The translations under genes and the position numbers were made by a program. Source: Candidatus Thorarchaeota archaeon (GTDB lineage Archaea > Asgardarchaeota > Thorarchaeia > Thorarchaeales > Thorarchaeaceae). Taken from it: a DNA stretch of 6,752 bases. The stretch covers positions 1-6,752 of the forward strand of contig PRDJ01000015.1 in assembly GCA_003345555.1 (NCBI GenBank). Reading direction: 5' to 3'. Under the pieces are notes generated by a model. The model had not been told where the DNA came from. It searched no databases and saw only the letters and a list, made by a program, of their open reading frames with translations. Below, piece by piece: positions 1 to 5,596 of this stretch (the first letter of the stretch is position 1; every line of letters starts with the position of its first letter).

Positions 1-330
1 ACATGGTTCGGGGACACAGTCCGGGGCGAGTTCAGGTTGGCGCTTTCGCTATTGCACCGCATGGTTTCACTGACCGACAGACAAATCCTGATTTCCCGAC
101 ATGCGGCAGAAGCTTTTACCTACGGCAGGAGTATTCTCAAGGAGTCTGTAATGAAGATTGAACCGGGCCTGCAGAGGGGGCAGCAGGTCCTTGTTTTGAA
201 TATGGATGGAGACTGCTTGGGACTGGCAGAACTCTCGGTGGATTCGGGGAAGCTTCACGCTCTGTCTCCGCACGAGCTTGTGGCGAAGAATCAGATGGAT
301 ATTGGCTGGTACCTTCGTCGTTTCAGCTAG
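1..330 (+). CDS. nip7: NIP7/UPF0113-family PUA-domain RNA-binding protein (ribosome biogenesis), 5'-truncated by the window edge
   Basis: Frame 1 is open from base 1 (TWFGDTVRGEFRLALSLL...), so TTG37 is probably not the start. PUA-like segment ISRHAAEAFTYGRSILKESV...RGQQVLVLNMDGDCLGLA, then C-terminal KNQMDIGWYLRR, typical of archaeal NIP7 homologs. Stop TAG at 328-330. Confidence 0.8.
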   Translation, partial: TWFGDTVRGEFRLALSLLHRMVSLTDRQILISRHAAEAFTYGRSILKESVMKIEPGLQRGQQVLVLNMDGDCLGLAELSVDSGKLHALSPHELVAKNQMDIGWYLRRFS

Positions 331-1076
331 ACAAACATGTCAGATGATCTATCGTCAGACTCGATGCTCTTCCGCATCTTTTCCAGTCGTTCGATCTCTT
401 TGCTCTCTTCAAGCAGCTGATCTACGTCTGCTTTGATGCCATATACCTGGTTTATCTTCTCCAGCATCACAGCTGCAGACCTAGGATCAGGACGACCACG
501 TGTGGCATATGTCAGAAGACCAATTGCCGGTATATCACGCATCTCAAGTTCGGCAAGAAGAAGTGCCAAGGGACCAGCGACAAACAGACCCTCTTCAAGC
601 AATGGCACAGACCACTTGCTGAGATTCTCTTTGTATGCAGTCGTCGGCACGCAACGCATATCATCGTCTTCTTCTTTGAAGCTCGAATCCAAGCCGCCAA
701 GGAGAAGCACTTCAGAGAACCTGCACTCTACGATCCACTTTGCCAGATGGTCTATCCATGACCACTGCTCAGATTGATGAGGCTGAAACCGCGGAACTAG
801 GAAAATCATGTCACCTTCTTTGTAATAGTATATCTCGAATGGCAGAATCAGTCGCTCGTTTTCCATGGATACAAACAGTGGTAGCATGTCGCTCTTGATG
901 AAGCCCACTCGTTCGGCGTTGAGGGTCCGAGTTAGGTGGGCTGTGCTTAGGAAACCCACTTCACCAAGCCCATGAAAGCCGCAGACGAATGTCGACCCGG
1001 GCTTTATTTCAAAGCCATCTTTCAGTATTATGTCGAAAACTGAGTCTCTGGTTGCTACGAATGCCATTGATTCCAT
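327..1076 (-). CDS. PAC2-family (PbaA/PbaB-like) proteasome assembly chaperone/activator
   Basis: Family motifs: GFHGLGEVGFLSTAHL (GFPGxGxVG-like), VLLLGGL, GLFVAGPLALLL, and RPDPRSAA before a C-terminal helix. C-terminus is DMFV. SD-like GAGGT (1081-1077, minus) abuts ATG1076 but lies 9 nt from ATG1067, so the true start may be 1067. Confidence 0.85.
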   Translation of the reverse strand: MESMAFVATRDSVFDIILKDGFEIKPGSTFVCGFHGLGEVGFLSTAHLTRTLNAERVGFIKSDMLPLFVSMENERLILPFEIYYYKEGDMIFLVPRFQPHQSEQWSWIDHLAKWIVECRFSEVLLLGGLDSSFKEEDDDMRCVPTTAYKENLSKWSVPLLEEGLFVAGPLALLLAELEMRDIPAIGLLTYATRGRPDPRSAAVMLEKINQVYGIKADVDQLLEESKEIERLEKMRKSIESDDRSSDMFV

Positions 1077-1285
1077 ACCTCATCTATCAAGGGGCGAGTA
1101 GTGGAAGCCTCTTATGGTTGGGTTTCGCGAAGGTTGACGGTCTTGATTATTCTACCTATGTGTTATCGCTATGTGGTTTCTCAATATGACTTGCGGAATG
1201 TCCTACCTCCAACGATTGGCGACTTGCGAAGCATTCACCTAAATCGTACCGTCCGAAGTGGCTTGAGACACCCGGAATCGCTGAT

Positions 1286-1933
1286 CTAGGAGGGTCGTTG
1301 CGAGAACAGCCGAGTCTTCGCCAAGTCCCGCTTAAGTTCCTTCGCTTCCTTCGCCTTCTTGACTTCCGGCTCTTTCCTCTTCAGGGCATCACTGACGGTC
1401 TTGCCAAGAACCTCTTTTGAGACCAGCAAAGTCACCTTGTCGCCTATCGATGCAATGGTAGTGGCGGGCACGATTACGTCGATATCCCTCTTAATGCCTG
1501 CTGACTCTAGGTGCTCTTCGATGAAACTACCGCCCACAATCAATGAAGCAGAACCATCCATGTCAAAATGAATATCCACAGTGTGACCTACCTTTGCTCC
1601 GTCCTTGTCAACGATTTCCAGCTTCTGAATCTTGGATAGGCGAATCTCATTGTTCTTGATAGAGCCTTTGTCCAAAGTCGTCTTTAGGCTGTTTGCAGTT
1701 GTGTCCAGATACACTTTGTCGCCCATTTTCTTGATGAGACTAGCAGTGAAGACAGGGTCACGGTCAGGTCGTATCTTCACTGATTCAAGGAACTCTTCCC
1801 ATGAAGGGCCAGCGAGGACGAATTGTGATAACTTGAGGGACTTGTCAAATGTGAATGTCAAGTCGCCTATGTGGCCGATCTTGCGACCTGTTGAATCTAC
1901 AACATCTTTCTTTTTCAGTTCACTGCATTTCAT
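1286..1933 (-). CDS. Tandem (two-domain) PRC-barrel protein with a basic C-terminal tail
   Basis: Two alignable repeats: MKCSELKKKDVVDSTGRKIGHIGDLTF...IKKMGDKVYL and IRLSKIQKLEIVDKDGAKVGHTVDIHF...IASIGDKVTL. Both match the PRC-barrel pattern (S-x-L-x-x-x-x-V-x-D-x-x-G-x-x-I-G-x-V-x-D; end I-x-x-I-G-D-x-V). ATG1933 is chosen because homology begins there; ATG1951 and GTG1969 are alternatives. Confidence 0.8.
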   Translation of the reverse strand: MKCSELKKKDVVDSTGRKIGHIGDLTFTFDKSLKLSQFVLAGPSWEEFLESVKIRPDRDPVFTASLIKKMGDKVYLDTTANSLKTTLDKGSIKNNEIRLSKIQKLEIVDKDGAKVGHTVDIHFDMDGSASLIVGGSFIEEHLESAGIKRDIDVIVPATTIASIGDKVTLLVSKEVLGKTVSDALKRKEPEVKKAKEAKELKRDLAKTRLFSQRPS

Positions 1934-1987
1934 TGACCCTGAGATTTCCATACAGACCACTAAGCGCACTGCAGGAACAGAGAGGAC

Positions 1988-2001
1988 ATTAAACCTTTCC
2001 C
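1988..2001 (-). promoter_or_regulatory. Putative archaeal BRE+TATA promoter of the PRC-barrel gene
   Basis: Minus strand reads GGGAAAGG-TTTAAT: a purine-rich BRE-like block directly before a TATA-like box. Implied TSS is near 1964, upstream of ATG1951 and ATG1933. Confidence 0.5.
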
Positions 2002-2086
2002 ACCCTCATGTAAATGATCAGCAGCATACGAGATTCGTACCAGCGTGCCTCCTTGAGCAAGGAATCGCTGCAACTGCCCTCGGCTC

Positions 2087-2099
2087 CAAAAACATAATA
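2087..2099 (+). promoter_or_regulatory. Possible BRE/TATA-like element for the helicase-like gene
   Basis: CAAAAAC-ATAATA is the most AT-rich block upstream of TTG2156, but it is an imperfect TATA consensus. Confidence 0.3.
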
Positions 2100-2155
2100 G
2101 CATATGATAACCTCAGGTCCCTGATGCGCAATCGGCCGCAAGGGGCTGACAGTGG

Positions 2156-4375
2156 TTGAGTACGCTGAGGGAACTGGAACTTGAGCGGGTATCTCCGCTC
2201 TTGTTGGAAGTTCTGCGAAAGCAAGGTCTTGCTTCTCTATCGGCTTTTCAAACCGCGGCCCTAAATGGTGGTATTCTCAGAGGCACTAGTCAGCTCCTTG
2301 TGTCCTATGATTATGATGAAGCCTACCAAATCGCCGAGATAGGCCTGCTCAATAGACTCCTCGCAGACTATAGGGCAAAGGCCTTGGTTTTGTGTCCAAA
2401 CCCCAACCAAGCTGAGAGAAGGTTCTCTCTGCTAAACCAGAAGTGTAGGCAACTTGGTATCGAAGCATCGGAAGTTATACGCAGGCGTACTGCGATCGGA
2501 CATGACTGGACAAAGGGACGGGTTATCGTTGGTACCTATGGGTCGATGAATATCGCATTGAATACCCACACCGAGATACTGAAGGATGTGCAGCTCGTAC
2601 TAATCGAGCGTCTAGACCTCATCGGCCTGCCGGAAACCGGTGCTGTGCTCGAGGCCGCACTCGTGAATACAATGAGCCACAATCAAGTCGTGCAATACAT
2701 AGGGGTGCTGCCTCCGGTTGCGGATTTGAAGGATTTGAGCGTCTGGCTTCATTCGGATATAGTAGAAGATACAAAGCCAGAAGTGAAACGTATCTTCAGC
2801 GTGAAGGCATTCAGCAGCGTGAAGGAATCCCTAGCGGATCTGACTGAGTTCATTCACTATCGTCGCGGCCAGACGATGATACTCTGTTCAACCATAGGCA
2901 CATGCCAAGAACTTGCGTCTCAGCTAGCGAGTCCACAGGACGAGAGCACTTCCTCATTCCTCGACCTCAAGCTGACGCCAGCTCAGCGTGATGACTTGAA
3001 CCAGCTCGCGAGACTAGTCTTGGAGAGATATTCTGGTTGTGAGATGACTCGTAGACTAGCAGCCATAATCCCGAAAGGCGTTGCATTTTTGCATGAAGGA
3101 GTGTCGAGAGTCCACAGGCGAGCGATTTCGGCATCCTGGAACGAGGATGTGCTTCCAGTAGTCGTCATGCCTACGAGGTTTGCCATTGCCAGCGGGCTGA
3201 GAGCAACGGTCATCTTCCTCATTGGTATCTTCATGCGCGACCTTAGCATGGATATCGTTGGAGAAGAGAACCCGACTATGTTCTCAGAGTGGCAGTTCAA
3301 TGATGTGATGCAATCAGGAGGCAGACCGGGAAAAGATAACGAGGCATTTGCGATTGTAGTGGTTGAAAACGAATCCGAAAGGAAAATGGTACTAAGCAAG
3401 TACTTCGTAACGGATTCGGAGGGAGACATACGACCGCGACTTGGAGAAGTCGACAGCTCAATGGACAATCCAGAGAACATACAGGATCTCGTAATCAGGC
3501 AGCTCTGTGCAGAAAGGAATACAACGGAGGACCCTCTTGAAATCATAAGCCGAACATATTGGGCTGCTAAGAACCGGGCCAAAGGAATAGCCCGGGACAC
3601 AGGAACACTCGTCGGCGATTCATCCATCGAGGATCTTGTCGCACTCCGCGCCACGAAGTCGACTTTTAAGCGTGCTGACGAAATACCTGATTCGAGTGTC
3701 AGGGTCGTATCCATGACACCTACAAAGATAGAAGGGCTCATACATAGCGGCACTAGGGAAATGTGGCACTATGTGACCCTGAAATCAGACGAAGGAGTGT
3801 CTTGCTCCTGTGAGTCTTGGAAGTACCAAGGGATTAGGGACCATAGACTATGCAAGCATTTGGCCAAGTTCTGCACGTTCGCTCTCAGAGATGATGAAAC
3901 CAAGCCATACGCGAGGCCAATCATAGGTCAGGCCCTCCGTGGGCTTAGCATAGTTGATAAGATGGAACGAGAGGGTCTGGTAGCAAGAGATGCAAAGGGC
4001 CTGAAGTGCACAAGCCTTGGTGAGGGTCTGGCGGCTCTCGGGGTTCCAGTTCGAGATGCCGAGAAAGTCATGAGATCTCTCTCGAAGAAATCGAGCAGAC
4101 TCAGGGACCTCCTCCCCAGTGTGACAGCAGCGAGGACAGGACTGCCCGAGGATTTAGTAAAACGATGTTATGACTCGATTCCATCAAAGGATATTGAACA
4201 TGCAATCAAATGCGAGACAGATATGCCGGGAATCGTCGAGAACGTCTTTGAAGAACTTCACTATGTTAACTCGATTGTGTTGAGACTCACCACGAGCGAT
4301 ACACGGCGAGGACTCAACAAGGAAAGCTTCGAACTACAGAAGCATCTATCATCAATGCTGACAGAAATCAGCTAA
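2156..4375 (+). CDS. Hel308/Ski2-like SF2 helicase-fold protein with degenerate ATPase motifs (predicted inactive) and an inserted SWIM zinc finger
   Basis: Collinear with Hel308 by eye: GLASLSAFQ (Q motif), KALVLCP (Ia), RVIVGTY (Ib), DVQLVLIERLDLIG (II), YIGVLPPVADLKDLSVWL (III), GQTMILCS (IV), KGVAFLHEGV, VVVMPTRFA (V), GGRPGKD (VI), and winged-helix segments IISRTYWA and EGLV...KCTSLG. SWIM motif C550-x-C552-x13-C566-x-H568. TTG start with SD-like AGGGGCTGA (2141-2149); an in-frame TGA at 2147 bounds the ORF. Confidence 0.85.
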   Translation: MSTLRELELERVSPLLLEVLRKQGLASLSAFQTAALNGGILRGTSQLLVSYDYDEAYQIAEIGLLNRLLADYRAKALVLCPNPNQAERRFSLLNQKCRQLGIEASEVIRRRTAIGHDWTKGRVIVGTYGSMNIALNTHTEILKDVQLVLIERLDLIGLPETGAVLEAALVNTMSHNQVVQYIGVLPPVADLKDLSVWLHSDIVEDTKPEVKRIFSVKAFSSVKESLADLTEFIHYRRGQTMILCSTIGTCQELASQLASPQDESTSSFLDLKLTPAQRDDLNQLARLVLERYSGCEMTRRLAAIIPKGVAFLHEGVSRVHRRAISASWNEDVLPVVVMPTRFAIASGLRATVIFLIGIFMRDLSMDIVGEENPTMFSEWQFNDVMQSGGRPGKDNEAFAIVVVENESERKMVLSKYFVTDSEGDIRPRLGEVDSSMDNPENIQDLVIRQLCAERNTTEDPLEIISRTYWAAKNRAKGIARDTGTLVGDSSIEDLVALRATKSTFKRADEIPDSSVRVVSMTPTKIEGLIHSGTREMWHYVTLKSDEGVSCSCESWKYQGIRDHRLCKHLAKFCTFALRDDETKPYARPIIGQALRGLSIVDKMEREGLVARDAKGLKCTSLGEGLAALGVPVRDAEKVMRSLSKKSSRLRDLLPSVTAARTGLPEDLVKRCYDSIPSKDIEHAIKCETDMPGIVENVFEELHYVNSIVLRLTTSDTRRGLNKESFELQKHLSSMLTEIS
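3803..3859 (+). other. SWIM zinc-finger motif (CxC-x13-CxH) within the helicase-like CDS
   Basis: CSCESWKYQGIRDHRLCKH, preceded by predicted beta-strands IEGLIHSG and WHYVTL, as in SWIM domains. Confidence 0.85.
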
Positions 4376-4376
4376 G

Positions 4377-4383
4377 TTTTTTT
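4377..4383 (+). terminator. Putative archaeal oligo-T terminator
   Basis: T7 tract begins 1 nt after the TAA stop (4373-4375). Oligo-U tracts are established archaeal terminators. Confidence 0.5.
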
Positions 4384-4450
4384 ACTCCGGAGAATCCGCC
4401 CCCTCTCCAAGAACACCAGTGCTCCTTCCCGTCAGAAGGTGGTGGAATCC

Positions 4451-5596
4451 ATGAAGCTCTACGAAATGGAGGCAAAGGAGATCTTCCGCTCGTTCAATAT
4501 AACGACACCAGCAGGATACGCGGCCAAGACTCCTGAAGAAGCGAGAAAACGGGCGACCGAGATTGGAAAGCCGGTTGCTGTCAAGGCACAGGTCTTGGCT
4601 GGAAAGAGAGGAAAGGCAGGAGGAATCAAGTTCGCTGATACTCCGGACCAAGCAGAAGCGGCTGCAAGAGACATACTTGGGATGAGAATCAGCGACCTGC
4701 CTGTGGAGGCAGTCCTTGTCGAAGAAAAGCTGGACATTCAGCAAGAGATCTATATTGGAATCACTGTCGACCGAAACGAACGCAAGTATGTCGTAATAGG
4801 GAGTGCCGCCGGGGGGATGTCAATAGAAGAACTCGCGGTAAAGAGCCCCGAGAAGATAGTGAAGATGTACGTTGATCCTATGCTGGGATTCCAATCATAC
4901 GAAGCACAGGAAATGGCTGTAGCGATGGGCTTTCCCAGCAAGATGGTCCGTTCTGTGGCGGGATTCATACTAGGATTGTGGAACGTAGCAGATGCCTACG
5001 ATGCTGAACTCACTGAGATAAATCCACTAATCCTCACTAAGGACGGACGGCTCCTAGCTGCAGATGCGCGCCTCAATATTGATGACAGCGCACTTTACAG
5101 ACACAAGAAGCTAATAGACGGAATAAAGCGCAAACCAGCTGAGCAAAACGAAAGAGAGAGGCTCGCGGCCGAGCATGATATGGCATACGTGGAACTTGAT
5201 GGCAACATTGCATGTATCTGCAATGGAGCAGGTCTGACCATGGCAACACTTGATGCGGTGGCACTTCATGGTGGAAATGCAAGCACATTCCTAGACCTAG
5301 GCGGCGGAGCTGACGCGGAAAGGGTCAAGAAAGGTATCGAGATAGCTCTGATGTATCCAAACGTGAGAGCTATTCTTGTCAATATCATGGGGGGCATAAC
5401 AAGGTGCGACGAGGTTGCAAAGGGTGTGGTCGCAGCTCGCCAAGAGAGGGGAGTCAGTATTCCGATGGTCATACGGATGGTTGGCACCAACGAAAAACAG
5501 GGCCAAGAGATACTCAGCAGTGCCGGGATTCCCTTTCTCAAGACCATGGAAGAAGCTGCTGAGCGCGTAGTGCAACTAACCAAGGAGGTCGCGTAA
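4451..5596 (+). CDS. sucC: Succinyl-CoA synthetase (succinate--CoA ligase, ADP-forming) beta subunit
   Basis: MKLYEMEAKE start; ATP-grasp motifs KAQVLAGKRGKAGGIK, EINPL and DARLNIDDSALYRH; ligase domain GNIACICNGAGLTMATLD, FLDLGGGA, NIMGGITRCD, RMVGTN. ATG4451 follows SD-like AGGTGGTGG (4437-4445). Confidence 0.93.
   Translation: MKLYEMEAKEIFRSFNITTPAGYAAKTPEEARKRATEIGKPVAVKAQVLAGKRGKAGGIKFADTPDQAEAAARDILGMRISDLPVEAVLVEEKLDIQQEIYIGITVDRNERKYVVIGSAAGGMSIEELAVKSPEKIVKMYVDPMLGFQSYEAQEMAVAMGFPSKMVRSVAGFILGLWNVADAYDAELTEINPLILTKDGRLLAADARLNIDDSALYRHKKLIDGIKRKPAEQNERERLAAEHDMAYVELDGNIACICNGAGLTMATLDAVALHGGNASTFLDLGGGADAERVKKGIEIALMYPNVRAILVNIMGGITRCDEVAKGVVAARQERGVSIPMVIRMVGTNEKQGQEILSSAGIPFLKTMEEAAERVVQLTKEVA
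5582..5589 (+). promoter_or_regulatory. Shine-Dalgarno site of sucD, inside the end of sucC
   Basis: AAGGAGGT lies 7 nt upstream of ATG5597. sucC TAA and sucD ATG abut (TAAATG), indicating an operon with translational coupling. Confidence 0.75.

Noticed and set aside
67-1289. Short ORFs 67-273, 206-436, 433-777, 512-700, 989-1189 and 1101-1289
   Set aside because: They overlap supported genes or lack motifs and ribosome-binding sites. The 1101-1289 ORF (62 aa, spacer, antisense orientation) cannot be fully excluded but has no supporting evidence.
1952-1969. GTG1969 as the PRC-barrel start
   Set aside because: It lies about at or upstream of the TSS implied by the TATA at 1988-1993, and the extra residues do not match the PRC fold.
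2133-2143. CGGCCGCAAGG matches a conserved 16S rRNA segment (helix 27 region), followed 2 nt later by CTGA as in archaeal 16S
   Set aside because: Only 11 nt. Roughly 2 x 6752 x 1500 / 4^11, about 5, such matches are expected by chance. It is sense to the rRNA on the plus strand, and the antisense copy is not followed by a D box.
2104-2149. Possible C/D-box sRNA (ATGATAA...CTGA...CTGA)
   Set aside because: The C box is imperfect and there is no recognisable C' box between the two CTGA motifs. The region is better explained as the mRNA leader.
1632-2159. 175-aa plus-strand ORF
   Set aside because: Mostly antisense to the PRC-barrel gene and crosses its promoter, with no motif. Only its last 11 codons are retained as a candidate uORF.
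2983-3753. 256-aa antisense ORF
   Set aside because: Lies entirely opposite the helicase-like CDS, is Ser/Thr-rich and has no recognisable motif. Typical shadow ORF.
2156-4375. Calling the ORF an active DEAD/DEAH helicase or a decayed pseudogene
   Set aside because: Catalytic residues are missing, so an active helicase is unsupported. The frame is unbroken, and the fold residues and zinc ligands are retained, so decay is also unsupported.
4439-4450. GTG4439 as the sucC start
   Set aside because: These bases form the SD-like GGTGG element, and SucC homology begins at ATG4451 (MKLYE).
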